64,000 nt of DNA from Phycisphaerales bacterium JB037 (GCA_043101605.1 JBICIG010000060.1:5203-69202), one strand, 5' to 3'. Shown: positions 52,624 through 62,339, numbered from the stretch's first letter. A program made the numbers and translations. Notes: generated by a model from the sequence alone, not told the origin.

Positions 52624-54858
52624 TCACTCGCCCCCGGCGGGCGACCAGCCCTCGGGCATCCACGCGGGTAGGTGGGCGACCGCGGCGCGGGCTTCATCGC
52701 TCGTCGGCACGCCCCACGCTTCAAAGAAGGGCCCGAGGTTCCGCCCGGCGCCCCGGCTCATCCGCACCAGCCACTGGTCGCGCTTGTCCGCGTCGCTCGC
52801 GGGGCGCTCGGCGGCGGGCAGCGAGCGGTACTCTGCGAAGACCTTCTCATAGAGCTCCCACCCGAACGCCTCCTTCATCTGCACATACATCGTCAGCGCC
52901 AGGAACGGATCGCTCTTCCACTTCTCGAACGGTGCGCCGAGTTCAGCGTGCTTGCGCATGTCGCTCAGCATCTTCTCGGGCGTGAACCCGCGCGCCTCGG
53001 CGGGGGGCAAGCCGCAGACCTTCTCGAAGGTGTAGAGCGTGAAGAGGTTGACGGTGACCTCGCCGGTGCCGCCGAAGGTCCACATCGCGTTCTGGTGCCA
53101 GTGCCCGAGTTCGTGGTAGAGCCCCCAGATGTCGCCGCCCTCGTTGGTGCGCAGCCGATGCGACGACACCATCGCCGTCGAGGCCTTCATGGGCACGGTC
53201 AGCGGTCGGTCGGCGGGGGCGTACATGTACCCCCAGCTCACGCTGACATCGGGCACGAACCGCGCCTGGCGATCGCCCAGCCCGTTGAGCCGGCGCGGTT
53301 CGAGCGACCCCTGCGTGCGCACGATCTGGTCCCACAGTTCCATCAACTCGACGGGGTTCTCCAGATCGCGGATCACCTCGCTGGGGACGGTCAGCGCGAT
53401 CTCGCGCGTCTCCAACTCCGCCCACGGCCCCGGATAGCTCCGGATCTCGTCGAGCCACTGTTGCTCGTCGGTCACGCCGAGCACGAAGTGCGGCGCGCGG
53501 ACGGCTCCCTGGATCTTCAGCCGAACTTCTTTCTCTTCAAACCCCTTGGGCACGACGAGGTAGATCAACCCGCCGACGGGATTGGCGACCACCGTCTTGG
53601 GACCATCGAGCGGGAAGGTGCGCACGACGCGCGGCAACCGGTTCAGATCGCCCCGGCTCTCGGGGTCCAGGTGCGAGCCGATCTGGATCGACAGCCCCTC
53701 GTGCCGACCGACCAGTTCGACGAGCGCTCGCTCGCCCGGCACCGCGTACAGGCCCGTCGCGCGCCAGCCCGGGATCGTCGTGTCGATCGTCAGTCGCACC
53801 TCGCGGCGATCGACATCGATCGGGACCCCACCCGGGAAGCCCGCGGCGCTCGGATGGGCGATCACCTCGTTGGGCTCGGCGTCGAAGTGGCGGAGCATCC
53901 AGACCTCGACCCCCAGCCGCTCGAGCGCGTGCTCGCGCCACGACAAGCCGCGCGTGCTCATTCTTCGATAAGTCTCGTCGAACGCGCCGCCCCGGCGTTC
54001 GATCTCCTGGGCCAGGTCGCGCGCGAGGTCCGATTGCGGCAGCGTGCGCACGATCCGCGAGATCGCGCTCGCGGCGGTCGCGCGGTCGGGCTCGTTCAGG
54101 GAGCCCTCGATCAGCCCGGCGAGCGCACGCCCCGCGTGCGCCATCCGTGACGGCTCGGGGTCGATCTCGTAGCGGTCGCCCGCGTCCTCGGGCACGGTGC
54201 CGTCGGTCCACGCGATGCCGGCATCGGCGAGCAGCAGGTTGCCCGGGTGATGGTCGATGGTTTCTTCGGGGTTGAGCTGGAGCCATCCCCACGCGAGCCC
54301 GCTGGTGATGAGCGACCCACCGCGCTTGAGGAACGCGCGCACGAGCAGCCGGTCTTCCTCGGTGCGGATCTGGTGGGTGTCGAGGATCAGGATGTGCGCG
54401 TGGGCGATGCCCTCGCGCCAGTCGCCACCGATCGGCTGGAACCCGCGGGCGTGCTCGGTCGCGTGGTCGTGAAGCTGGGGGGACGCGCCCCAGATGCGGA
54501 GCGCCGGGCGTACGGGCGGGTCGTTCATCCAGTCGATCGCGTTGGTGAGCAGGTCGAGCGTGCCGGGGTCTTTGGAGCCGAGGAACCCGCCGTGCCCGAA
54601 CGCGAGGACTCGTCCGCCGAGCCATTCGCCGGCGACGACAACGCTGGCGTCGTTCTCGGGCGTGACGATCGGGACGACGCCCGGGCCGAACGCCATGACG
54701 GGTCCGGGCGCGCCGGGGGCGTCGATGGATTCGACGCCGCGGGTCAGGCGCCGGGCGAGGTCGGCGGGGGGGTCGGCCCAGCGGTCTGTCGCGGGCTGAG
54801 CCGGCGCGAGCGAGGCGAGCGACCCGAGCAGCGCGAGCACGATCGTGTGAATCCGCAT
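52624..54858 (-). CDS. secreted peptidase M60 (enhancin-like) family protein
   Basis: Met19 of ORF 52624..54912 gives the signal MRIHTIVLALLGSLASLAPAQP. The zinc site is in IWGLYHELGHWHQN (HExxH). Confidence 0.8.
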   Translation of the reverse strand: MRIHTIVLALLGSLASLAPAQPATDRWADPPADLARRLTRGVESIDAPGAPGPVMAFGPGVVPIVTPENDASVVVAGEWLGGRVLAFGHGGFLGSKDPGTLDLLTNAIDWMNDPPVRPALRIWGASPQLHDHATEHARGFQPIGGDWREGIAHAHILILDTHQIRTEEDRLLVRAFLKRGGSLITSGLAWGWLQLNPEETIDHHPGNLLLADAGIAWTDGTVPEDAGDRYEIDPEPSRMAHAGRALAGLIEGSLNEPDRATAASAISRIVRTLPQSDLARDLAQEIERRGGAFDETYRRMSTRGLSWREHALERLGVEVWMLRHFDAEPNEVIAHPSAAGFPGGVPIDVDRREVRLTIDTTIPGWRATGLYAVPGERALVELVGRHEGLSIQIGSHLDPESRGDLNRLPRVVRTFPLDGPKTVVANPVGGLIYLVVPKGFEEKEVRLKIQGAVRAPHFVLGVTDEQQWLDEIRSYPGPWAELETREIALTVPSEVIRDLENPVELMELWDQIVRTQGSLEPRRLNGLGDRQARFVPDVSVSWGYMYAPADRPLTVPMKASTAMVSSHRLRTNEGGDIWGLYHELGHWHQNAMWTFGGTGEVTVNLFTLYTFEKVCGLPPAEARGFTPEKMLSDMRKHAELGAPFEKWKSDPFLALTMYVQMKEAFGWELYEKVFAEYRSLPAAERPASDADKRDQWLVRMSRGAGRNLGPFFEAWGVPTSDEARAAVAHLPAWMPEGWSPAGGE

Positions 54859-54941
54859 GCGTCCCTCCATCATCGGACGCAGTATGGCACATCCCGCCCC
54901 GTGGGTACACACGCTTCGGGGCCCCTACCCTCTGCCCCGGG

Positions 54942-55556
54942 ATGCGAGACCTCCGCCGATTCTTCAGCCCCGTGCTGGCCGAGCAGGCTGCGGCGTATCT
55001 GCGCGAGCACGGCGTGCTGGCGCGGGTGGTCGGTCAGCTCGATGTTCTGGGCGGGATCTCCCCCAATCTCGCGCCGCGCGGTCAGTTTGTCATCTCGATC
55101 GCCAGCGAGCGCGACGCCGCCGACGCGCTGGAACTGCTTGAACTCTTCGACGCCGAGGTCGAGGAACTGGACGAGGAGCGGGGCCGGGAAGCGGGCGAGG
55201 GCGCCGACCACTGGGAAGCGCCGGACCTCTCGCTGCTCGACCCCGCGCAGTCGCCTCGCTGCCCGACCTGCCACCGCGCGCTGCCGATGCGGGCCGAGCT
55301 GGCCGCGTGCCCGAGCTGCGGCGGGGAGGTCGATGTCCTCGCCCTGCTCGTCGAGGAACACGGGCCCGAGGTGCTCGATGCGTGCTACGGCGGCGGGGAG
55401 ATCACCATCCCCGACGCCCTGCTCCACGACGCGGCGATCCCGTGCCACGCCTGCGGCTCCTCGCTGGCCGGCCGCCCGCCCCGCGGACGCTGCCCGGCGT
55501 GCGGCGAGCTCTACGACAAGCCCGCGTTCATCCGCCGATTCCTGGGCGACGCCTGA
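54942..55556 (+). CDS. hypothetical protein with several CxxC zinc-ribbon motifs
   Basis: Contains CPTCH...CPSCG and CHACG...CPACG pairs. The N-terminal approximately 70 aa resemble DUF2007. Confidence 0.5.
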   Translation: MRDLRRFFSPVLAEQAAAYLREHGVLARVVGQLDVLGGISPNLAPRGQFVISIASERDAADALELLELFDAEVEELDEERGREAGEGADHWEAPDLSLLDPAQSPRCPTCHRALPMRAELAACPSCGGEVDVLALLVEEHGPEVLDACYGGGEITIPDALLHDAAIPCHACGSSLAGRPPRGRCPACGELYDKPAFIRRFLGDA

Positions 55557-55658
55557 CCGGCGCGACCCTTGGTCCGCCCCGGACGGATCCTCTACCATTG
55601 CGAACCCGGCCCGGTCCCTCGGGTGCGGGCGAATCTGTGAGTTTCAGGAGCGGCCGCC

Positions 55659-55922
55659 ATGCCCCACATCATCGCCGAGCCCTGCATCGGAACCAAGGAC
55701 ACCTCCTGCGTCGAGGTCTGCCCGGTCGACTGCATCCACCCGACCAAGGACGACGAGGACTTCGACCAGCACGATCAGCTCTTCATCGAGCCGGACACCT
55801 GCATCGACTGCGGGCTGTGCGTCGACGAGTGCCCCGTCAAGGCGATCTACCCCGAGGAAGACCTGCCGCAGGAGTGGAGCAAGTACATCCAGGTGAATCT
55901 GGATTACTACACGAATAAGTGA
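55659..55922 (+). CDS. 7Fe-type ferredoxin ([3Fe-4S][4Fe-4S])
   Basis: Contains CIGTKDTSCVEVCPVDCI and CIDCGLCVDECP. Confidence 0.9.
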   Translation: MPHIIAEPCIGTKDTSCVEVCPVDCIHPTKDDEDFDQHDQLFIEPDTCIDCGLCVDECPVKAIYPEEDLPQEWSKYIQVNLDYYTNK

Positions 55923-57083
55923 TCAGTCCGCGGGCATGGGCCACGGCTGGTCGGGCAGGCTCCGCGCGATGCACCAGCCGATGATCGCGTCGATCACCGC
56001 CGGCTCGATCGGGCCGGTGAGCCCGTCCCGCTCCCGCGTCAGCGCGTGCCCGAGCCCCTGAAAATAGCGTGTGGTCATGTTGTCGCGCTGCATCGCCGCC
56101 GACCACCACGCCAGCCGCGGGGCGTAGGCGCTCAACGGATCGAGCTCGCCCCACAGCAGCAACGCCGGCATCGTCGTGCGGTCGATCAGGATCGTGCTCG
56201 GCGGCGTTTCCTCGGGCGCGTACCGATCGCTCTGCGGCAGCGCCGGCATGTCGTCGAGGGATTGCTCCATCGCCGCGAGGACTTCCCAGCCGCGGAGTTC
56301 CCCGTCGCCGTCGGCATCGATCGAAGCGAACGAGCCCCAAGGCGGGGGCGTGCTCTCGAACTCGGCCTGCGTCACCACGCCGTCGCCGTCGGCATCGTGA
56401 TTCCCGATCGCCTCGCGGGCCCGCTCGCGCACGCTCCCCTCGATCAGCGACGCGAACGCCCCGGCGAGGAACACGCCCCCGGCCGCCTTCCCTTCGCTCA
56501 CCTGCAGCGCCCGAGCCGCGCCGAGGCTGTGCCCGAGCACAATCACACGCTGGGGGGCCAAGCCGGAGCGTTCGAGGAGTTCATCCCATGCCGTGCGCGC
56601 CATCGCGAGCGTGCCGGGATAGTTCAGTGCCTCGGCCATCACGGGCGACTGCGCGAACAGCGGGTCGCCCTCGCGGATGCTCGCGTAGCGCAGCACGGTG
56701 AACCCCGCATCGCGAAGGGCCGTCGCGATCGTGAGCCCGTCGGCGGTCGGCTCGCCCGAGATGGTCAGTTGATGGCGTTCGCCGTCGAGTTCGTAGAAGC
56801 CCGGCACCCGCCAATCGATCGTCGCGCTCAGCCCGCCGGAGAACATCATCACCGCCATGCCCCGGTCCTGTTTCGGATCGGGGCGGTCGATCGCGGCGTT
56901 CAGCCGCCACACTTCACCCGTAAACCGATCCGCGTCGGCGTGCATCGCAGCCGTCGGCGTGAACTCGAGAAGGAACTCCTCGCGCCCCGGCGGCTCGGCG
57001 AGGGCGGTCACGACGACCGACCCGGAGACCAGCACAGCCGCCACCGGCACCTCACACCGCAATCCTCCGATCGGCATCCGCAT
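55923..57083 (-). CDS. alpha/beta hydrolase with two EF-hand loops
   Basis: Met31 of ORF 55923..57173. Nucleophile elbow GHSLGA. EF-hand loops DADGDGVVTQAEF and DADGDGELRGWEV. Confidence 0.7.
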   Translation of the reverse strand: MRMPIGGLRCEVPVAAVLVSGSVVVTALAEPPGREEFLLEFTPTAAMHADADRFTGEVWRLNAAIDRPDPKQDRGMAVMMFSGGLSATIDWRVPGFYELDGERHQLTISGEPTADGLTIATALRDAGFTVLRYASIREGDPLFAQSPVMAEALNYPGTLAMARTAWDELLERSGLAPQRVIVLGHSLGAARALQVSEGKAAGGVFLAGAFASLIEGSVRERAREAIGNHDADGDGVVTQAEFESTPPPWGSFASIDADGDGELRGWEVLAAMEQSLDDMPALPQSDRYAPEETPPSTILIDRTTMPALLLWGELDPLSAYAPRLAWWSAAMQRDNMTTRYFQGLGHALTRERDGLTGPIEPAVIDAIIGWCIARSLPDQPWPMPAD

Positions 57084-57246
57084 CACGCCGATGCTACCGG
57101 CCGGGCCGTTCGCCGTTCCATCGGAATGGCTCGGAACGAGCCGCGACCGTGAGGGAGCGGGTGCATCTTCCACGCGCGGGTTCGTCGGTTGGTCGTCGCG
57201 AAGACCGCGTGCTCACGCGTGCGGCCCGTCGGAGAAACCCGCCGGG

Positions 57247-57672
57247 TCAGGCGGCCCGCTCGTCCCAGCGATCGGGGCGGACATTCGACGGGGCGTTGGG
57301 GGGTTCGCGCCAGTCCTCGGCGTTTGGGAGCGTGATCTCCGACGCCACGGTCTTGCGGTAGCCCAGCAGCCGCACCACCTCGAGCACATCCGACCAGGTC
57401 GGGAAGCTCTTGTGGTTGGCTTTCTTGAAGGCGTCGATCGCCATGAGGAACAGGAACTGCTCCTTGCTCAGTTCGCCTTCCTCGGCCGACTTGGTGAAGT
57501 CGCTGAGGCGACGCCCCGGGCCGCGGCGGCGATCGAGGTCGCCGGTCCACGACTCGTCGGCGTCATCCCGCCGCTGCTGCCGCGCGATCTCGCGCCGGTC
57601 GAGCCCGAGCCGGCGATCGACGGTCTGGCGCGGCGCATCGCCCGAAGCGGGGGGGCCGTGGCGGTTGGTCAT
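57247..57672 (-). CDS. hypothetical protein (basic N-terminus, conserved-looking C-terminus)
   Basis: 141-aa ORF. ..KEQFLFLMAIDAFKKANHKSFPTWSDVLEVVRLLGYRK.. No family recognised. Confidence 0.5.
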   Translation of the reverse strand: MTNRHGPPASGDAPRQTVDRRLGLDRREIARQQRRDDADESWTGDLDRRRGPGRRLSDFTKSAEEGELSKEQFLFLMAIDAFKKANHKSFPTWSDVLEVVRLLGYRKTVASEITLPNAEDWREPPNAPSNVRPDRWDERAA

Positions 57673-57721
57673 GACGATCTCCGTGCGAACGGCCCCGCGG
57701 GATCAGCCCCCGCGCGGGCGC

Positions 57722-57967
57722 TCAGAGATCGTCATCGTCCTCTTCTTCGTCGTCTTCGAGGGAATCCTCCTCGAAGTCGTCCTCGAACTCGTCGAAGGTC
57801 TGCTCTTCCCCGTCGTCATCGTCATCGAAGTAATCGTCTTCGTAGTCCTCGTCATCCTCATCATCGGCGCAGACCGCGCCGCCCGACCCTCCCGGGACGG
57901 ACCAATCCTCGAGCAGCACCGGGAACGCCAGCACGCGCTCCGGATCGAGAAGGGTGGACCAGCTCAT
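57722..57967 (-). CDS. hyper-acidic small protein (81 aa)
   Basis: Met37 of ORF 57722..58075. MSWSTLLDPERVLAFPVLLEDW.. is followed by about 50 residues that are almost entirely D/E. Confidence 0.5.
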   Translation of the reverse strand: MSWSTLLDPERVLAFPVLLEDWSVPGGSGGAVCADDEDDEDYEDDYFDDDDDGEEQTFDEFEDDFEEDSLEDDEEEDDDDL

Positions 57968-58152
57968 CGCGCTTCCCTCGTGCCGGACACGCCGTCCGGC
58001 CGGTGACTCATCAGACCCCCAGGCGGAGCCCCCGCCTGATGCGCGGTACACTACGGACTCGGGCGGCAAAGTCAACGCCCGGATCGACCACTCTGCGGCG
58101 CCCCGCGCGGGCGATCAGGGGTCCTTCCCCCCGCCCTCCGGAAAACCGCCCC

Positions 58153-58740
58153 GTGACCGCCGCCCCCCGACAGGACGAATCACCCGGGCTCGACCCCCTC
58201 GCCGGCTTCCTCGCCCTCGTCCTGCCCGGGCTCGGGCACGCCTTCCGCGGGCAGGTCCTCCGCGGCGTCCTCATCGGCGCCGGGATCCTCGGGCTCTTTG
58301 CCGGCGGGATCCTCATCGGGGGCATCACCGTCGTCGACAGCCGCTCCGATCGCACCGAGACCCGCATCTCCTTCATCGGGCAGGCGTTCGTCGGCCCCGT
58401 CGCCTTCGCGGTCAACACCGTCCACCAGTCGAGCTTCAAGGGCCTCGACCCGCTGACCAACACACGCCGCCACGCCCTGCCCGACGAGCGCATCGAGAAC
58501 GGCCGCATCCGCCCGATGAGCCTCGGCGCCGCCGACGGCGACCCGCCCGTCCATGTCTCCATCGGCAAGATGCACGAGATCGGCGTCCTCTATTGCCTCG
58601 TCGCGGGCATGCTCAACTTCATCGCCTTCCTCGATGCGCTCCGCCCGCCGGCCAAGTCGCGCGATGACGATGAACCGGTGCGCACCACGGGCGTCGTCGC
58701 CGGGATGCTCAGCGGGCAGAGCGCCGGGGGGACCGCGTGA
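58153..58740 (+). CDS. hypothetical membrane protein
   Basis: GTG at 58153 inside ORF 56857..58740. Contains LAGFLALVLPGLGHAFRGQVLRGVLIGAGILGLFAGGILIGG. Confidence 0.55.
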   Translation: MTAAPRQDESPGLDPLAGFLALVLPGLGHAFRGQVLRGVLIGAGILGLFAGGILIGGITVVDSRSDRTETRISFIGQAFVGPVAFAVNTVHQSSFKGLDPLTNTRRHALPDERIENGRIRPMSLGAADGDPPVHVSIGKMHEIGVLYCLVAGMLNFIAFLDALRPPAKSRDDDEPVRTTGVVAGMLSGQSAGGTA

Positions 58741-58997
58741 TGCACCTGTCGGCGGCGCTGGCAACCCCCTTCATCGACCCGCTCGAAGCCCACCGCCTGT
58801 GGTGGGTCTTCCTCGTCCCGCTGGCGCTGCTGATCTCGCTGGCGTACAAGGCCGTCCGCCAGCCCACGCTCGACCACATCGTGCGCGATGTGGCGCTGAT
58901 GACCGCCCAGGTTCTCATCGGCATGGTCGCCCTCGGTGCCGCGCTGTTCCTGTTCATCGAGTGGATCGTCCCCGCCCTCGTCACCCCGGGGACCTGA
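58737..58997 (+). CDS. small membrane protein (86 aa)
   Basis: The start overlaps the previous stop (GTGATG). Two TM helices are present. Confidence 0.5.
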   Translation: MMHLSAALATPFIDPLEAHRLWWVFLVPLALLISLAYKAVRQPTLDHIVRDVALMTAQVLIGMVALGAALFLFIEWIVPALVTPGT

Positions 58998-59015
58998 GGC
59001 CAATCCGAAATGCCC

Positions 59016-59090
59016 GGTGCCGTGGTCTGGGCACCGCGAAGGCCGCGAACGGGCGTGCGCTTCCTCGAAGACTCGTCAGACCACGGCACC
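59016..59090. repeat. 14-bp perfect inverted repeat (GGTGCCGTGGTCTG / CAGACCACGGCACC) around a 47-nt spacer
   Basis: The arms lie at 59016..59029 and 59077..59090, between the convergent gene ends at 58997 and 59100. The left arm is part of an 18-nt motif also found at 17061. Confidence 0.7.
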
Positions 59091-59099
59091 AAAGACCGC

Positions 59100-60659
59100 T
59101 CACGCATACCGCGACACCCGCGTCCGGATCGGGCGGTCCAGGTTCTGCACCAGGTACCGCAGCGCATCGCACGCGTGGTCCGAGCCATCCTTGATAGGCG
59201 TCATCGATTCCTTGTCGTCGGCCGGGTAGTGGTACCGCTCGATCGCCTCGATCAGCCCCGCGCACCGTTCGTGAACGAACAGCCGGGGCCCCTCCACCGC
59301 CGGGCGCAGCCGCGACCGCACCAGCCCGATGCCCTCGTCCAGCCGGAGCACGCGGTCGCGCACCTTCAGCCCCGCGCGGCGCATCTGCTCGATGTTGCTC
59401 AGGCCCGTCTGCTCGCTCCGCTGCCGACCCGCCGGATCGACCCCGACCCACGAGACCGGTCGCGCCCGCAGCGCCTCGATCGACCGCTCGAGCAGTTCGC
59501 CGGTGCGGATCATCTCGTCGGTCACCCACAGCACCCCCTCGGCATCGAGGGTGGCCCACAGCACGACCGTCGGCGAGCGGTACCCGAAGTCCATCCCCGC
59601 CACGCGCAGGTCATCCTCGCGCGCCGCCGGCTCGCGCGACACCACATGCCGACGCGCCTCGAACTCCGGGTAGACCGCGTCGGATCGACTCGGGCGGAGC
59701 GAGAGCATCTCGGCGTTCCAGGTCGCCTCGCCGACGCGTCCCTTCAGGTCCATCGCGTCGCGGACGGTGATGTGCCCGGCCCCCTGTCCGGTTGCATCTC
59801 GCTCCTTGGCCCGCCCGCCGCATTCGGGCAGCAGCGGGCAGTCTCCGCCCGCCCCGGAGCACTCGTGCGAATCGTCGCACGCCCCGAGCACATCGACGAC
59901 GCCCCACTTGAACAGCCGACGCCTCCCGGCCGACGCCTCGCGCACGATGCGGAACATCAGCCCGTGCGGGCGGTGCATGGTGCTCAGGCACTCGATGGTC
60001 CCGCGGACGAACACCCCGCCGCACTGCTTGGAGCGTGTGACGAGTTGAGCCGCCTCCCACACCTCGGGGTCGAAGAGTTCGACCTCGTCGCAGCGCAGGC
60101 GCTGGACGCGCGTGCCGCGCACGCTCGTTTCAGATTGCGCCAGCACCTCGCACGCCGACCCGTTCGCGAGCGCCACGCGCCGCTGAGTGATCCGCCCCTC
60201 GACCATGTCGCAGAACGGCTCGCGCGCAAACAACCCCGCCAGGTGCGCGTGCATCCGCCGCGACTGCTCGAGCGAGCCGCCCAGGATCCGCACCGCGATG
60301 CCCGGCTTGAAAACCAGGTCCAGCAGCGTCGCGACCGCGCCGAGAAAGGTCTTCCCCCCGCCCCGATTCGCCCACACCACGCTGTCGCGCGGGGCGCCCG
60401 CGGCATCCGAGTTCGGTCGCCACGAGCCATCGCCCGCTTTATCACCCCCAAACTCGCCGCCGCCCGGCTCCTTCCACTCCTCCTCGAAGAACGCGTGGCA
60501 GAGGTAATCAAAGGGCGAGGCGTGCCCGGCGATCAGCGCCCGCGTCGGCACCTCCAGCTCCAGATGCTCGGCCAGCCACGCGTGCAGCTCGCCCGGCGTG
60601 CGCGGGCGCGCGAGCCCGAACGAGCCCTCGCCTGCCTTCTCCGCGTCCGCCCCGCTCAC
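59100..60659 (-). CDS. terL: phage terminase large subunit-like protein, apparently intact
   Basis: GTG start in a GTGA overlap with the upstream gene. Walker A VWANRGGGKTF, Walker B RLRCDEVE, and RNaseH-like nuclease motifs AGMDFGY, VGVDPAG and DGSDHACDALRY. A Cys-rich insert reads CDDSHECSGAGGDCPLLPEC. Confidence 0.85.
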   Translation of the reverse strand: MSGADAEKAGEGSFGLARPRTPGELHAWLAEHLELEVPTRALIAGHASPFDYLCHAFFEEEWKEPGGGEFGGDKAGDGSWRPNSDAAGAPRDSVVWANRGGGKTFLGAVATLLDLVFKPGIAVRILGGSLEQSRRMHAHLAGLFAREPFCDMVEGRITQRRVALANGSACEVLAQSETSVRGTRVQRLRCDEVELFDPEVWEAAQLVTRSKQCGGVFVRGTIECLSTMHRPHGLMFRIVREASAGRRRLFKWGVVDVLGACDDSHECSGAGGDCPLLPECGGRAKERDATGQGAGHITVRDAMDLKGRVGEATWNAEMLSLRPSRSDAVYPEFEARRHVVSREPAAREDDLRVAGMDFGYRSPTVVLWATLDAEGVLWVTDEMIRTGELLERSIEALRARPVSWVGVDPAGRQRSEQTGLSNIEQMRRAGLKVRDRVLRLDEGIGLVRSRLRPAVEGPRLFVHERCAGLIEAIERYHYPADDKESMTPIKDGSDHACDALRYLVQNLDRPIRTRVSRYA

Positions 60660-60895
60660 GCGCCGCCCTCCCGGTCCGACGAGCCGCGGGATCCGCCGCC
60701 GCCCCGCCGATCGGTCGGCTCCTCGACCACGCCGAGCGCGAGCAGCAGCGCCCGCTCGCGCGGCTCGTCGAATGCGTCGAGCTTCTTGAGCACCCGTCGA
60801 CGCTCGCCCGCTGACAGAAAGAATGTCAACGGATACGGCAGCGCCGACTCGCGCGCCTCCCGCGGCACGGGCACACCACCCCGATCATCACTCAT
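60656..60895 (-). CDS. small ribbon-helix-helix-like protein (79 aa)
   Basis: Only the last 79 codons of ORF 60656..61444 are accepted (ATG at 60895, GGGGGAG upstream). YPLTFFLSAGERRRVLKKLDAFDEPRERALLLALGV has a beta-alpha-alpha pattern. Confidence 0.5.
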   Translation of the reverse strand: MSDDRGGVPVPREARESALPYPLTFFLSAGERRRVLKKLDAFDEPRERALLLALGVVEEPTDRRGGGGSRGSSDREGGA

Positions 60896-60957
60896 CCCAC
60901 TCCCCCCTCGATCAATCCTCTGGGTCGATCGGGCCACGCGACGCCGCCGCCCAATCC

Positions 60958-61638
60958 TCACCCCGCACTGTGCGCGTAGGCGACGGGCCGGGCGACCAGC
61001 GCCCCCGCCGCCCGCTGCGCGATCGCGCGTCGGCTCAACCCCGCTCGTCCCCGTGTCGCGCGCGACCGCCGGGCCCACCGCGCCAGTTCGCGTGCCAGGA
61101 ACGCGTCCCGCCACGCCCGCGCCGCCATCCGAGGCTCCATCAGCCGCCACGCCTCGACGCCGCGTCGTACGAGCGCATCGCCCAGGCGCGCGTCGTGCTC
61201 GCTCCACCCGAGCCGGTACGCGGTCATCCCGGCGCGCTCGAAGAACGGGCAGAACGCGCCCATCGACGCGACCGCCTCGGTCGCGGGCGTCAGCGGGTCT
61301 GCGAGGTAGTGCTCGACCAACCGACGCGCCACGCCCAGCCCTCGCCAGCGCGGCTCGACGATCACCCGAGACAGACACCGCACCTCCCGATTCAGCCGAC
61401 GCGCGGCGCGACGCGTGTCCCCCGAGCGATACCGCCCGGGCCATGCCAGTTCACGCCACGACCCGTTGAGCGTCGGATAGCTCGCCACCAGCACCCCAAC
61501 GAGTTCGCCCGCCTGTCCACGCGAGCCGTGCTCGCGTGCCCGCCACACGCCGGCGATCGTCGCCGGGCGTCCGCTCCGGTAGTGAAACCCGAGCAGCGCA
61601 TCGAGGTCGCGAGCCGAGCCCCGTTCGATCACGATCAT
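60958..61638 (-). CDS. GNAT-family acetyltransferase-like protein
   Basis: ATG at 61638 in an ATGA overlap with the ATPase gene. GNAT motif A reads RVIVEPRWRGLGVARRLVEHYL. Motif B-like sequence reads ASMGAFCPFFERAGM. Confidence 0.7.
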   Translation of the reverse strand: MIVIERGSARDLDALLGFHYRSGRPATIAGVWRAREHGSRGQAGELVGVLVASYPTLNGSWRELAWPGRYRSGDTRRAARRLNREVRCLSRVIVEPRWRGLGVARRLVEHYLADPLTPATEAVASMGAFCPFFERAGMTAYRLGWSEHDARLGDALVRRGVEAWRLMEPRMAARAWRDAFLARELARWARRSRATRGRAGLSRRAIAQRAAGALVARPVAYAHSAG

Positions 61639-62336
61639 GCGCGAGGCTCCCGCGTGCCGACGCATCGTTCGAGACGCACTCCGCCGCGGAGATCGACCCA
61701 TGCGCACACCTGCGGCGACAGCGCTCCGGACAGTTCCTCGCGGTTCGTCGCCGCGACCAGCCGCACGCGTCCGCGTCGCGCCCACCGGGACAGGCTCGCG
61801 CACACGCCGAGTGCTGTGACGCGATCGAGCGACGAGCCGAGTTCGTCGATCACGAGCACGGCGGTCCGGGATCGCATGCGTTCGACCATCGCCATCGCCC
61901 GCGCCAGCCGCAATCGTTGCCGCTGACCCTCGGAAAGTTCCGCGGGAGTCCGCGCCAGCAGCCCCGCCTCGCTCAACCCCGCCGCCGCGAGGATCCCGAG
62001 CACCTGCTCGGCAGAGCCCGGCACCTGATCGATCACGCGCACGCCGCGCCGCAATTCGGGCGGGCGCACGATCCTCCTCCCTTGCGCGGCGTGCTGCGCC
62101 GCGAGCGATGCGAGCAGGGTGCTCTTGCCCGCGCCGCTCGGGCCGAGGATGAGCACACGCTCTGCACCCGCCAACCCGCCGAGCAGCGCTCGGGCAAAGC
62201 GTGGCGGCGTGTGCGCCGCCGCCAACTCCTCCGGTGCCAGCCCGAAGATCGCGCACGCGCGGAGCAGGTTCTCCGAACGCCGCGTGCCCGGGGCTCGGTT
62301 CGCCGGCGAACGCGGCGTGTCGGTTCCCCCCACCAT
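61635..62336 (-). CDS. soluble ABC-type ATPase (no permease partner)
   Basis: Walker A GPSGAGKST, Q-loop IDQVPG, signature LSEGQRQRLRLARA and Walker B VLVIDELGSSLD. The H-loop position reads ATN. Confidence 0.8.
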   Translation of the reverse strand: MVGGTDTPRSPANRAPGTRRSENLLRACAIFGLAPEELAAAHTPPRFARALLGGLAGAERVLILGPSGAGKSTLLASLAAQHAAQGRRIVRPPELRRGVRVIDQVPGSAEQVLGILAAAGLSEAGLLARTPAELSEGQRQRLRLARAMAMVERMRSRTAVLVIDELGSSLDRVTALGVCASLSRWARRGRVRLVAATNREELSGALSPQVCAWVDLRGGVRLERCVGTREPRA

Positions 62337-62339
62337 CGC

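Noticed and set aside
55920-55925. Back-to-back stop codons (TGATCA) of the convergent ferredoxin and hydrolase genes with no intergenic terminator
   Set aside because: Noted as a curiosity only. Convergent genes abutting without a spacer are not rare in compact GC-rich genomes, and I see no further signal there.
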